From Octopus sinensis (taxonomy: Eukaryota), in the NCBI RefSeq assembly GCF_006345805.1, contig NC_043002.1, positions 83,328,001-83,392,000 on the forward strand: a stretch of DNA of 64,000 nt, given 5' to 3'. The position numbers and the translations under genes are program-made. The notes under the pieces are model-generated. The model was not told where the DNA came from and did not search any database. It worked only from the letters and a program-made list of their open reading frames with translations. This document shows, in pieces, positions 28,195 through 42,654 of this stretch. Each line of letters starts with the position of its first letter. Position 1 is the first letter of the stretch.

Positions 28195-29044
28195 CTAAAA
28201 TAACAAATAAATTTATGTAAAAGAAGTTTTGCAAATGTTTGTACTCAGAACAATAGACATTCTTTATGTAACAAAGGAAAGTATAATCAGCAAATCATTA
28301 GATTTTTAGAGATAACACTGAAAAAAGAAACACTAAATAATCTAAGAGTTACGTACAAGTTTACAATATAACCTCCAGACTCAAAAAACTTTTTAAGAGG
28401 ATCACTGGGACAATGTCCTTGATAGCAAGACAGAAGAGAAATCAAAAATAAATGAAGTAGATAGTTAGAAAATCTCTATAAGAGACGAAAGCGGTAACTA
28501 TACTGATAAGTAATGTTTATCGTCACTTCAATATGGCTGTTCCGTAGGATCCGACGTTACTACCATTTTAACCCCATGGGGACACTTCCTCCAGCTAGTT
28601 ATCGATGCAACCTGCACCCGATATATATTGCAAGCAGGGAAGCGAACCCTACCATCTTACGGCCACCAGACCGTATGGTTTCGAGTAATTTGTGTTCACC
28701 CTGATTGGTGGATACTCGTCTGCTAGAGATAGCGGTAGTTCGCTCCAGCTGGCAATAGAAAAATAAGTGCCAACCAGTCACTGATCTTGCAATAAGCAAA
28801 ATAGCTAGTTGGTAAAAATAAGTATAATGAGAGAAACTGAATCATGTGCCACTCCTTAATGACTGCTCATTGTTTAAGAAGTTAGACAATTTGTAAGAAC
28901 ATGGAATACATATAAAGTTCACTTGATGAACACAACTAGTAGTTTTTGTTTTTACTTTTACTGGTTTCAGCCAGAGACCTTGGCCATGCTGGGGTACCTC
29001 ATTTACTGTGAGGGATTTTTATTTAACATTCATTTCCCGACCCT

Positions 29045-29300
29045 CTCTTTGGAACTATATCTATTGAAGTAGCAAGTTAGATAGAAGGCTTCTTCCTTGT
29101 GTTTCTTGCTGCAATGTGAGTTTGTCTGGTACATTAGATAAAAATGTGTCCAAATGTTTCACATCTAAACCTTGCAGATTTTTGAGGCTGGTCGGCTGAA
29201 TGTTGAAAAGTTGTGGGCCATGTACAGCTAAGCTGTTGCAGAACTGGGTCCTTATTCCAGATGGAGAAATCGGGATCTTTGGTACTATGCAACGGCATCC
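29045..29300 (-). mobile_element. CR1/L2-group LINE 3' fragment
   Basis: Minus translation GCRCIVPKIP..IRTQFCNSLAVHGPQLFNIQPTSLKNLQG..LDTFLSNVPD resembles, from recall, the post-RT C-terminus of CR1/L2-group LINEs. Confidence 0.5.
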
Positions 29301-30299
29301 ATTTCGATGGCTTGTATAGCTTTCAATGCAAAAGCTCTTTCATTTTAATAGATACTTTTATGGATATTATTATCAATCAACCATTTTAATAATAAAAAAA
29401 TAACAAGAACTAATTTAATGTTATCATCTTATTGAAATATTTGAGGATGTTACAAAATTTCAGTTGTTACAAAATTTCAGTTGTTTTATATATTCTCTTC
29501 AACACATATATATAATACTGTAGAAAGAACGTTGGACCGAATGTCTTGCAATATTTGCGCTTTGAGTTAAAATACTACCGAGGTCAACTTTACTTTTCAT
29601 CTTTTCGGAGTCAATTAATAAGTATCAATCCAGGACAGCAGATTGGCGGAAGTATAAGAACGCTGAACCGGAATCCTTACGGTATTCGTTCAAATTCTCT
29701 GTGTTCTGAGTTCAAATCCCTCCGTGGCCTACTTGGGTGGAAGACGTAATTTATCACCCGGTTTAACTTTGTCACTACCACCACCACCACTACCATTACC
29801 AACCATCTTTGAGCAAATCCACTCTGTTGCAAGCTATCGGATAAGGTCTCCCGTTTTAGGATACCTTTCTCCCACCATCCTACTGGTCTCAAAAAAAACC
29901 TATAAAGGGTCATTGCTAATGCTTTCCGTCTGGAATAAAAATTAAAAAATAATTGTGGACTAAACAAAAGGAAACACTCGACAATTATATAGTGTCAATT
30001 ATCAGGTTTGACAACAAGCGTCGAAATAGTAAATTTGCTGGTGCCTCGGAAGACTGCCTAAGAAAGTATTCGTTTTAGCTTTCTGTGCTCTTAATCTTTT
30101 CCAAGAAGGCAAAGCTTAATCGATTACATCGACCCCAATACTCAATTGGTAATTATTTAAACAATCTCCAAAGGAGGAAAGGCAAAGTTGACCTTAATGG
30201 AATTTGGACTTAGAACGTAAAGCCGGAAAAAATGCCGCCACGTAAGTTTGTCCGGCGTGCTAACGGTTCTGCCAACTCGCCGCCTTACATACACAATAA

Positions 30300-31070
30300 A
30301 TATTACGAAACAACAATAAATATTTCCTATTGTCCTCCGCAATGTACAATCTTTGATGTTGTGGTGTTATGGGCTGTGATGAGCTATGTGGTGTTGGTGG
30401 AGGGGATTGCAGATGAGGTAGACGGAAGTGAAGACTGCAGGGACCTGTGGCACAGTCACGGGGCATGCGTGGGCAGGAAGCACGTGTGGGCAGTTCAAGC
30501 AGAGACGGCAGCGAGCAAAGACGTCTTTATTTCTTGAGAGTGATCGCTCATCCCGCCGAAGTCAACAGGTAAGGCCTTTTGTATTTCTTTCTCCCGTTTG
30601 CTTCTTTTCCTGTTGTCCTTTCCCTCCATCACACTACACGATCTACTAGTGTAATCGATGGCAGTTTCTTCACGTCTGATGATCATGAGAAAGAGAAGCA
30701 TGCCGTTAAGCAGTTATATAAATCGATCCTTGACGCTGCAGAGCTTTTTCTTCTCCTTTGCTCTTAGTAGTTTTATACTGAGAGTCATTCCATGCAGTCC
30801 GATCCCCGCTCTTTAGACTTGGACGTCTGATCCCAGTGGCTCAGCGGTCTAAGACGGTTGCAGACACCAGCAAGTTGTAGGTTTTACATTAGAGTTGCCT
30901 TCTCCTGAGTAAATCGCATGAAAGTGGTCAAAATGGTGTAAAAAACGACACAAGATCAACTGGGGGACTCCATTTCTTGGTTTGCTGTCGAAGTTGACTC
31001 CTCTAGCCTTTTCCTTTACCAAAAAGGCACTCACAAGGTAGTGAGTGTTAGTGCTTAGAATTTCTCCCAT
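30300..31070 (-). mobile_element. Heavily degraded LINE-like fragment
   Basis: Non-repetitive, GC-richer island with scattered RT-like words (NGVPQ, DRTAW) but no sustained frame. Confidence 0.3.
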
Positions 31071-31508
31071 AACATGCTAATTCACTTCGTTTCTGTATCT
31101 TGTTTGCAAGATTCTTTATGCGAATTCGCATGTTGAAACAAATTTTGCTGTGTCTAGTGAGAGTTATTATGCCGATACAATTGACACATACATACATACA
31201 TACGTACATACATACATACATGCATACATACATACATACATGCATGCATGCATACATACATACATACATACATACATACATACATACATACATACATACA
31301 TACATAAGCATACACGCACGCTGGCATGCAGACACGCACGCGACAAGATCTCAAGCCGAAAAGCGAGGCCTCTATAACGGACAAAGTCAATAGTCATTGA
31401 AAAGGTTGTTAGTAGCAACGAAAGAGCTTTGGCAAACAACTGCTTCGTGTAGTGCGACTATTATCATACTTTAATTAGAAAGATATATATAATTGATCAA
31501 GTACTTAC

Positions 31509-31602
31509 CACCAGTACCGTCACCTGTTGTCACATCACCCATTTGAATGAGGAAGTCTACCACGACACGATGAATTTTCGTATTCTTGTAATGAAGTTTG
31601 GT
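31509..31602 (-). CDS. Cyclophilin gene 2, coding exon 2
   Basis: Acceptor ttttctttttaaag| and donor |gtaagtac. 94 nt, phase 0 to 1: [31 protein letters not shown](G), containing the catalytic HR..F..Q segment. Confidence 0.94.
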
Positions 31603-31854
31603 CTTTAAAAAGAAAAGAAAATATAGTGCAATAATTCCCATCAATATGGTGTGTAAATTATGATGATATACCAATTTTATTATCAATATTATAAAAAGAA
31701 AATTACTGTTGTTGTTATACGTTTATCCTTATGTTCTGAGTTCAAATTCCGCCAGGGTCGTTCTGCTTTTCATCCTTTCTGGATCGGGGAAATAACTATC
31801 AGTTACGCACTGGGGTCAATGTAATCAATGTATGTATGTATGTATGTATGTATG

Positions 31855-31885
<31 letters not shown>

Positions 31886-31991
31886 GTATGTATGTATGCA
31901 TTCCGCGAGCCTATCCCGAGGTTGATGCGTCGCGTCATTCTACACATACACGTGCGCACACACACGTATACGTACACATACACAAAAATAA

Positions 31992-32036
<45 letters not shown>

Positions 32037-32523
32037 CAGATAGATAGATGAAATCAATTTTAATGTAACACATCTTTTGGAGGAGTGAATGAAATAAAGT
32101 ATCAGTCAAGTACTAAGATCGACGGTATCGATTAACTCCCTTACTTCAAAATTCCTTGCGCTGCGTCTAAATTGTCAACAATTATCAGGGCGGCTGGCAA
32201 AATAGGGCGTCGGACAAAATGCATTTGTTCTGGCTCTTTACATTTAGAGTTCAAATGCAGTAGAGGTTAACTTTGTTCCTCTTCCCTCCGGGGTCGATAA
32301 ACTGAAGCATTTGTCAAGTACTGGGGTCGACGGCCTCAAATATTCCTTCCCTTTAAAACTGTTGAACTTGTGCCTAAAAAAGAAGCCATTATTATCATGG
32401 TATCTGTTCGAGCTCCACCAGGAGTTAACTTGACCTTTCATCATTTCGGGGTCGATAAAATAAGTACCAGTTGAGTACTGGGGTCGATGTATTCGATTTG
32501 TGCCTTTAGTAGAAAGATTATTA

Positions 32524-32554
<31 letters not shown>

Positions 32555-32575
32555 TTATTATTATTATTATTATTA

Positions 32576-32975
32576 AGGCGGCGAGCTGGCAGAGACGTTA
32601 GCACGCCGGGCGAAATGCTTAGCACTATTTCGTCTGCCGCTACGTTCTGAGTTCAAATTCCGCCGAGGTCGACTCTGCCTTTCATCCTTTCGGAGTCGAT
32701 AAATGAAGTACTAGTTACGCACTGGTGTCGATGTAATCGACTTAATCCGTTTGTCTGTCCCTGTTTGTCCTCTCTGTGCTTAGCCCCTTGTGGGTAGTAA
32801 AGAAATAGGTATTTCGCCCGTCGCTACGTTCTGAGTTCAAATTCCGCCGAGGTCGACTTTGCCTTTTATCCTTTTGTGGTCAATAAATTATGTACCTAGC
32901 GAAAAACTGGGATTGATGTAATCGACACATCCCCTCCCCTAAAATGGCTGCCCTTGTGGAAAAATTTGAAACCAT
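32576..32975 (+). mobile_element. SINE family A dimer following (TTA)n
   Basis: Head taaggcggcgagctggcagag, with a second unit restarting at ggtatttcg ~32808. Confidence 0.88.
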
Positions 32976-32983
32976 TATTATTA

Positions 32984-33020
<37 letters not shown>

Positions 33021-34062
33021 TGTTTGACCTTTGCTTCGTATTTGTACAAATTGACTCCAAGTCTCACCCAGAGACCTCAAGAGAGAACAAGTTACAAGTT
33101 CATATTCGTGTTATGCCTAGGGTGTCATATATTTGGATTTGCACATCGTATTGTTCTAGAGAATGTTTAAGAAAACATAAGAAAATTATAAGATTGTTTT
33201 AAAATTTGAGATTACTCAGACAGTATTTTACATAGGATATGGGCAATTCCCATAGGCATTATCTTTTCAATTTCTGCTATTTTGGGGTTTCCTGGTATAT
33301 GGGCTAGGTAACAAACAGCCCCTTTTGCTACCATTCCTAGGGTACCTATGACAACAGGTATTGTTTTAATCTTGAGGTTTCACATTTTGCCAATTTCTAT
33401 TTCAAGATCTTTATACTTGCTCAGTTTTTGGTAGATCTTGAAAGATACATTTATGTCGATTGGGACAGTCAAATCAACGAGGAGGCATGATTTTGTCTGA
33501 AGTCTTTTAATATAATGTCTGGCATATTCGCATCTATCTTTCTGTCAGTTTGAACGGTGAAGTTCCAGAGGAGAAAGATGTGATCATTTTCAAGCACTGG
33601 AGGTGGTTTGTGTTCCCAATAGTTTTTATCATGAGGCAGGCCAAGGTTTTTTCAAATTACCCCGTGAATATATTGTGTTGCTCTATCATGTCTGTTGAGA
33701 TACTCTTTAGGCGCAAGAAGACTGCACGCGGAGACAACATGATCAATGGTTTCATTTTGTTGTTTACATACACGACAAGTTGGGCTACTTTAATATCGTG
33801 GCCTGGTAGCTCCTTGTAGGTAGGCATTGATCTTGGGCTACTATGATAAACCCTTCTGTTTCTGATTTTAAGTCACAAGACACTAACCATTGACGGGTAA
33901 GGACTTTGTCAACAACGGCATTATTAGCTCTCTTTGGGTATTTGTCATTGAGTGGTTTTTCTTGCCATTTATCAGTAAGAATAGTTGAGGCAGCAGTTTT
34001 AGCACGGGTTTTCATGTACTTAGCTTTTTCTGTGCTTGAAAGAATATCTAAGGCAGCATTTT

Positions 34063-34063
<1 letters not shown>
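33021..34063 (-). mobile_element. 5'-truncated R4/Dong-like non-LTR retrotransposon (restriction-like endonuclease) in a (TAA)n tract
   Basis: Degraded translation: CCHC knuckle TCRVCKQQNETIDHVVSAC, then EYLNRHD, W..TVQTDRKIDANMPDII and LVDLTVP..KLSKYKDL..IPVVIGTLG, with stops and a frameshift. Both ends abut (TAA/CAA)n. Confidence 0.85.
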
Positions 34064-34510
<447 letters not shown>

Positions 34511-34801
34511 ATAAGTTGGTGAGCTGGCAGAATCGCTAGCGCGCTGGACTAAATGCTTAGCGGTACTTCACCCGTCGCTACGTTCTGAGTTCAAATTCCG
34601 CCGAGGTCGACTTTTCCTTTCATCCTTTTGGGGTCGATAAAATAAGTTCCAGTTGAATACTGGGGCCGATGTAATCGACACATCCCCTCCCCCAAAATGA
34701 CTGCTCTTGTGACAAAATTTGAAACCATTATTATCATTATTATTATTGTTGTTGTTTCTTCTTCTTCTTCTTCTATTATTATTATTATTATTATTATTAT
34801 T

Positions 34802-35355
34802 GAGTGAGCGAGCAGAGCATGCCATCGAAGTGACACTGGGGTAAAATATACGAAGCCCAGTATACCCATCATGACTACCCGTCTGATAAGGGTACCCCAG
34901 GCACATGCATCACAACAATATGTGCGCGACATGGTGATCTCATATCAAGATAAACAGCACATGACCTTGCAGGTGGAGCCCAGTTAGAATTTTCTTCAGA
35001 TCGAGTAACCCATCCCGCTCAAAAGGTCCCTGAATAAGGCTTGTTTAAGGATGTTGAACAAAACACCCATGTTTCCAGGGGTGAATTATTCAAACCCCAA
35101 AAAATTCCTCTCAACACATGGCTATGATGCTCCCCCACTACTTCTACTCGTGATCAGAGATGCACATATCGTCAATCACTAAGGGACATGCTCAACTGAT
35201 TAAGGTCAAGCAACTGACAAGCAAATCTGCGGTATTGAGCAGAATATTTGCTGTAGCCCATCTTTTATACCAAGACAAAACAATGTGCATGATAACACTT
35301 CCAATCAGTTAAGATCAGAAGCCATGAGAGCCACTGCCTGGTACATCAGGGCGTT
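34802..35355. mobile_element. ~550-bp non-coding interspersed repeat in (ATT)n, copy 1
   Basis: Colinear with 38025-38515, and both start immediately after a (TTA)n run. Confidence 0.75.
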
Positions 35356-35443
35356 TATCATTATTATTATGATTCTCCCCGACTACTTCTGCTTGTGAAC
35401 CAAGTTGCACATATCGCCAGCCACAAAATTTGAAAAAAATTAC

Positions 35444-35486
<43 letters not shown>

Positions 35487-35489
35487 AAA

Positions 35490-36155
35490 GTGAGCTCGCA
35501 GAATCGTTAGCACACCGGAAATTTCTTCCAGCTTTACGTTCTGAGTTCAAATTCTACGGGGATCGACTTTGCCTTTCATCCGTTCGGAGTCGATAAAATA
35601 AGTACCAGTTGAGCACTGGGGTCGGTGTAATCGACTTGCTCTCTCCCTCAAAATTTCAGGACTTGTACCTATATCAAAATGGATTATTATTCTTTTGAGG
35701 AGGCGAGTTGGCAGAATTGTTAGAGTCGAACGAAATGTCGAGCGGTATTTATTCCGACTCATTACATTCTTTGTTGAAATTCCACCGGTGTCGACTTTCC
35801 TTTTCATCCCTCCGAGGTCGATAAAATGAAGTACTGATCAAGTACTGGAGTCGATGTAATCGACTCAACCTCTCCCCTCAAAATTGCTGGCCTTGTGCTA
35901 AAATTAAAAAAGAAGTTTTATTATGTCTTTATTTGCCTAAAGATGGCGAGCTGGCAGAATCATACCGCACCTGGTCAAATGCTTAACAGCATTTCGTCCG
36001 TATTTACATTCTGAGTTCAAATTCCACCGAGGGGTCGACTTTGCCTTTCATCCTTTCGAGGTCAGTAAAATAAGTACCAGTTGAGTACTGGTGTTGATGT
36101 AAACGGCTCACTCCCCTCCCCCAAAAGACTGGCCCTGTGCCAAAATTTGAAACCA
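35490..36155 (+). mobile_element. Three diverged SINE family A copies, same orientation
   Basis: Heads at ~35490, ~35700 and ~35942, each followed by the body and the ttgctggccttgtgccaaaatttgaaac-type tail. Confidence 0.75.
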
Positions 36156-36678
36156 TTATTGCGCTCTTTGCCACGGGATCACCATAGATGACAGAAAGAA
36201 AGAAAGAAAGAAAGAAGAAAGAAAGAAAAACAAAATGAGAATTTCAATCACATGCACCACGTTTAGCTGCCACGTTTACTGCTGAGTCTACTGCCGCGTT
36301 GGCGAAAATAAGAAATCCGTTGTGAGTGACACAGAAAACCAGACGGTAACAGCTTTCATTAGCTATGCATCAGCTTGCCCCTGTCGCGCCCTTCCCTAAA
36401 GACAGATGTTGCAGATATTCATGGGTGAGTTTTTATATTAGAATGATTGAATAAATTATTCAAACAGAGAATACAAATTTGTCGATAAACGTGTATTTAT
36501 CAAAGCAAGATGTTAATCTTTGTTGTCGACGTCCTATCAGACACTTGTAAGATATAAGTATAACATTGAGTTTACTGTCAAAGTAAAAGGTAAGCGACCG
36601 GCAAACTATAATCGATTATTATTTTCAGTTGCAACCATCACACTTCATCAACGTCGGAAATATTGTTAAAAAAGATAA

Positions 36679-37275
36679 GGCGGCGAGCTGGCAGAAACGT
36701 TAGCACGCCAAGCGAAATACTTAGCGGTATTTCGTCTGCCGTTACGCTGTGGGTTCAAATTCCGCCAAGGTCGACTTTGCCTTTCATCCTTTCGGGGTTG
36801 ATAAATTAAGTACCAGTTACGCATTGGGGTCGATGTAATCGACTTAATACCTTTGTCTGTTCTTGTTTGTCCCCTCTGTGTTTAGCCCCTTGTGGGTAAT
36901 AAAGAAATAGGTATTTCGTCTGCCGCTACGTTCTGAGTTCAAATTCCGCCGAGGTCGACTTTACCTTTCATCCTTTCGGGATTGATAAATTAAGTACCAG
37001 TTACGCATTGGGGTCGATGTAATCGACTTAATACCTTTGTCTGTTCTTGTTTGTCCCCTCTGTGTTTAGCCCCTTGTGGGTAATAAAGAAATAGGTATTT
37101 CGTCTGCCGCTACGTTCTGAGTTCAAATTCCGCCGAGGTCGACTTTACCTTTCATCCTTTCGGGGTTGATAAATTAAGTACCAGTTACGCACTGGGGTCG
37201 ATGTAATCGACTTAATACCTATGTCTGTCCTTGTCTGTCCCCTCTATGTTTAGCCGCTTGTGGGTAATAAAGAAT
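36679..37275 (+). mobile_element. SINE family A trimer, 184-bp period
   Basis: ggtatttcgtc at 36726, 36910 and 37094. Confidence 0.9.
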
Positions 37276-37982
37276 AGAAAACATTGTTAAAAAAGCCCGT
37301 TATAGTCACATATTCTAATTTCTGTCGTCCGATGACTTCTGTAATTTGGCCTAAATAGAATATATTTTCTTTTGTCTTCTACTTGTGTCAGTCATTGGGC
37401 AGCAGCGATGCTGGGACAGCGCCTTGAAGAGTTTAGTCGATTCTTTTGGTCTTGTTTGCTGAAACGCTGGAGTACGGGAACGCAAACAAACCAATATCGG
37501 TTTTAGGCGTTGGTGTGTGACAAACACAACACACACACTTGTGTGTATGACTGGGGACTTTTGTTTCCGTCCGCCAAATCCACACACAAAGCTTTGGTCA
37601 GCTAGGGACTATAATAGGAGACACTTGCCCAAGGTACTGCGCAGTGAGACAACCCAAGACCACATGATTGAGAGGCAGGCTTCTTAATCTCACAACCACG
37701 CCTGCGCCTATATTATCATCACCGTTACTTTTATTAGTACTATGTCATGTAGTAAATATGGAAAATGCACCAGAGTATTTAGTCATCAGTGAAGTCCTAC
37801 CAATGATCTTAGACAGATAACACTTTCCTTAAAATGTGCGCAGTACCTAGCAAGGCTGATTTTTGTATTACACCACATTATAACCGCTTTAGGAAGTCTT
37901 GAAATTTCAATGAGATTGACCCTAATGCCCCGATCATGACTGGTATTACTGGTATCACTTTTACATTACCCTTTTGTATTCC

Positions 37983-38024
<42 letters not shown>

Positions 38025-38025
<1 letters not shown>

Positions 38026-38515
38026 GAGTGAGAGAGCAGTGCATGTCATCAAAATGACACCGGGGTAAAATATACAAAGCCCAGTATACCCATCACGACT
38101 ACCCGTCTGATAAGGATACACTAGGCACATGCATCATAACCATACGTGCGCGACATGATGATCTCATATCAAGATAAACAGCACATGACCTTGCAGGTGG
38201 GGCCCAGTTAGAATTTTCTTCTGGTCGAGTAGCCCATCCTGCTCAAAAAGCCCTGAATAAGGGTTGTTTAAGGATGTAGAACGAAACACCCATGTTTCCA
38301 GGGGTGAATTATTCAAACCCCAGAGAATCCCTCTCAACACATGACTCTGCTTCTACTCGTGATCAAAGATGCACATATCGTCAGCCACTAAGGGACAAGC
38401 AAATCTGTGGTATTGAGCAGACTATTTGCTGTAGCTCATCTTTTATACCAAGTCAAAACAATGTACATGATAACACTTCCAATCTGTTAAGATCAGAAGC
38501 GATGAAAGCCACTTA
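38025..38515. mobile_element. ~500-bp non-coding interspersed repeat after (TTA)n, copy 2
   Basis: gagtgagagagcagtgcatgtcatcaaaatgacacc...ttaagatcagaagc, with internal deletions relative to copy 1. Confidence 0.75.
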
Positions 38516-38746
38516 TTTTCAAATAATAAGCAGAACCATGATAAAGAAACGAACGGGAAATTCACACTCAAGATATGGACGTGATAATTCCTCGTCAGTT
38601 ATCGTTCAAAACAAATCATTGGAATTTCACAACTTTAACGATTAGATTGTTCTTTTTTGGTGGCATCAACAACGAAAAGCTTCTGTGAATAGTGAGCGAA
38701 TGTTGAGGACAATGACAAAAACAAACTACACACGTAATGAGTATTC

Positions 38747-38747
<1 letters not shown>

Positions 38748-38807
<60 letters not shown>

Positions 38808-40013
38808 CTTGAATATAATGGTACACAACACTTCCTCACGCACACACACGTAATCATAGGGAGACAGACAGACAGACAGACAGACAGATAGATAGATAGA
38901 TAGATAGATAGATATAATATAATATAATATAATATAATATGATATAATAATTTTACCCTTGTTACTAAATTATTTCTCTTCTGGGAGCCAAAAGAAATAT
39001 ATTATTTTTGACGAATTTCGCTGTGTGGAAATCATTTTTCTACAAAATGACACGTCGATCTTGTTTTAGCCCTGTGTTCAATTTATTTCTCTGACAAAAT
39101 AAACGGCCATTAAATGGAGCAAAAAAAAAAATAGATAAAAGCTTTTTTTTTCCATTCCCTAAAAAAAAATTCCGTTTTATTTCTATTATGTTTTAATTTT
39201 ACAAATTAATTACTAGATCTAATGGAATTAGAAAATGCTAACATATCTATTCTCTGGTTTTACCAACTTATTGAATATAAAAATGATTTTTCATTCCTTT
39301 AAGGAAGTTTTATACACATTCAGAGAAATAAGACTCAGTAGATTATCACTATTGTAATACTCTCGAAAATAATACTCGAAATTCAATACAAAATTTAAAC
39401 AATTGAATCAACGGATACTTCCATATCACCAATCAATATCAACAGCAAACTCTTACGTCATTGTATGCCAACAGTATAACCATAATCGATGCTTTCGGTG
39501 TGTATTGATTACAGTTTTTGTGAATACTATGCCCTGTCTGTTGACGTGTACACCATAGTATGGTGACGTGTTACACTATGTGAAAGCCAAACTTCCATGA
39601 GGCCTCCTTACTCTACCTATAGCAAGGTAAATTCATACCCCCCCCCCACACACACACGTATACAAACACACGAACGTACTACGTATGTGTTCTGTCTACG
39701 TGGACTGCCACATCTTTAATATGCCAACTGAAAAAGATACATATTTGGTCTCAGGCAAAAATTACACACGAAGTTGTGATAAAATTACACACGAAGTTGG
39801 ACGAAACTATCTTTTTTATTCATTATTCCGAGTCTATAATCAGAGTACATCAACCCGTATCCTACACCAAAATAAGTTCTATATAGATCTTCTTCTCTCC
39901 TCTATTTGTTTCAGTCATTAGACTGCAGCCATGCTGGGGCATCGTTTTGAAGACTTCGGACGAACCAATCGACCCTAGTCTCTTATTAAGTGGTGATGGG
40001 GAACAAACACAAA

Positions 40014-40051
<38 letters not shown>

Positions 40052-40093
40052 CGCGCGTGAATATATATATATATAATATATATATATATATAT

Positions 40094-40141
<48 letters not shown>

Positions 40142-41345
40142 CTTGAATATAATGGTACACAACACTTCCTCACGCACACACACGTAATCATAGGGAGACA
40201 GACAGACAGACAGACAGACAGATAGATAGATAGATAGATAGATAGATATAATATAATATAATATAATATAATATGATATAATAATTTTACCCTTGTTACT
40301 AAATTATTTCTCTTCTGGGAGCCAAAAGAAATATATTATTTTTGACGAATTTCGCTGTGTGGAAATCATTTTTCTACAAAATGACACGTCGATCTTGTTT
40401 TAGCCCTGTGTTCAATTTATTTCTCTGACAAAATAAACGGCCATTAAATGGAGCAAAAAAAAAAAATAGATAAAAGCTTTTTTTTTCCATTCCCTAAAAA
40501 AAAATTCCGTTTTATTTCTATTATGTTTTAATTTTACAAATTAATTACTAGATCTAATGGAATTAGAAAATGCTAACATATCTATTCTCTGGTTTTACCA
40601 ACTTATTGAATATAAAAATGATTTTTCATTCCTTTAAGGAAGTTTTATACACATTCAGAGAAATAAGACTCAGTAGATTATCACTATTGTAATACTCTCG
40701 AAAATAATACTCGAAATTCAATACAAAATTTAAACAATTGAATCAACGGATACTTCCATATCACCAATCAATATCAACAGCAAACTCTTACGTCATTGTA
40801 TGCCAACAGTATAACCATAATCGATGCTTTCGGTGTGTATTGATTACAGTTTTTGTGAATACTATGCCCTGTCTGTTGACGTGTACACCATAGTATGGTG
40901 ACGTGTTACACTATGTGAAAGCCAAACTTCCATGAGGCCTCCTTACTCTACCTATAGCAAGGTAAATTCATACCCCCCCCCCACACACACACGTATACAA
41001 ACACACGAACGTACTACGTATGTGTTCTGTCTACGTGGACTGCCACATCTTTAATATGCCAACTGAAAAAGATACATATTTGGTCTCAGGCAAAAATTAC
41101 ACACGAAGTTGTGATAAAATTACACACGAAGTTGGACGAAACTATCTTTTTTATTCATTATTCCGAGTCTATAATCAGAGTACATCAACCCGTATCCTAC
41201 ACCAAAATAAGTTCTATATAGATCTTCTCTCCTCTATTTGTTTCAGTCATTAGACTGCAGCCATGCTGGGGCATCGTTTTGAAGACTTCGGACGAACCAA
41301 TCGACCCTAGTCTCTTATTAAGTGGTGATGGGGAACAAACACAAA

Positions 41346-41381
<36 letters not shown>

Positions 41382-41387
41382 CGCGCG

Positions 41388-41400
<13 letters not shown>
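38748..41400. repeat. Tandem duplication, ~1.33-kb unit x2
   Basis: acttgaatataatgg at 38807 and 40141; gcgcgcgtga at 40051 and 41381. Confidence 0.95.
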
Positions 41401-41430
<30 letters not shown>

Positions 41431-41621
41431 GCACATATACATATAGACATATATATGACGGGCTTCTTTCCCTTTCCGTCTACTAAATCTACTTACTAGG
41501 CTATGGTCAGCCCAGGGCTCTATTAGAAAACACCTGCCCAAGGTAACACATAGTTGTACTGAACCCGGGACCAAGTGCCTGGGAAGTAAACTTCTAACCA
41601 CGTAGTCATTCATACTATATG

Positions 41622-41848
41622 CGAGCTGGCAGAAACGTTAGCACGCCGGGCGAAATGCGTAACCGTATTTCGTTTGCCGTTACGTTCTGAGTTCAAATTC
41701 CGCCGAGGTCGACTTTGCCTTTCATCCTTTCGGGGTCGATAAATTAAGTACCAGTTACGCACTGGGGGTCGATGTAATCGACTTAATTCGTTTGTCTGTC
41801 CTTGTTTGTCCCCTCTATGTTTAGCCCCTTGTGGGTAATAAAGAAACA
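41622..41848 (+). mobile_element. SINE family A full copy
   Basis: gcgagctggcagaaacgttagc...gtgggtaataaagaaa. Confidence 0.88.
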
Positions 41849-42395
41849 TATATCTTGTTGAGAGGCCAATAAGCTTTAATTGCAGATGAGGACTTAAGAA
41901 AGCAATAGATTCAGGACTCGGGAGAAGACAACCGTTAATAATTAATCCCAATAATTAATCCCTTTACCTAAGATAAGCGATTCTGAACATTGTAGAGCAT
42001 GAGTTAGTAAGGCCTTGATTTTTGTTATTCCGCGCTGTAGCTGTTCCAGCTCCATAGAATTCTTATGCAAACTTTGAACTTTCATCTTTAGCCGAATTGT
42101 CTATAGGTCAAATCCTGCCAAAATATTTTCTTCTGATCCAACAATATTTTTTGACATTATTATATTATAGAATACTGGGCGTATGTACTGAAAATTAACA
42201 GTTACAAAAGCTAACAGCAACATCAAAGTCTCCTTTAATGAGAGATCTATATATTGGTACATACAAAATTTGAATAATTTAATGTATCCATTAAGTGGGA
42301 GTAAAGATATAATACGTTATAAATATTTTTTACACTGTAGCAAATGTAAATCCGTACATACATACATACATACATACATACATACATACATACAC

Positions 42396-42441
<46 letters not shown>

Positions 42442-42620
42442 GCATACACGCACAAATACATACATATATATGTTCATGTGTACGGATTGCATTTGCAATA
42501 GCATAACAAATAATGTGTGTGTGTGTGTATGCGTTTGCGTGTGTATGTATGTATATATGACTGACCACTAGCCAATAAAGATTTTTTTTTATTCTCTCTC
42601 TATTTATTTTCTCGTGTTCC

Positions 42621-42654
42621 TTTCTGTTGAAGAGCGTAGGCTCGAAATGTAAAA
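42621..42654 (+). ncRNA. Hammerhead-like motif, CUGUNGA family copy b (repeat ~42590-42750)
   Basis: UUU-CUGUUGA-A-GAGC guag GCUC-GAA AUGU A-AAA. Lies ~340 bp upstream of a same-strand Penelope ORF fragment. Confidence 0.5.
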
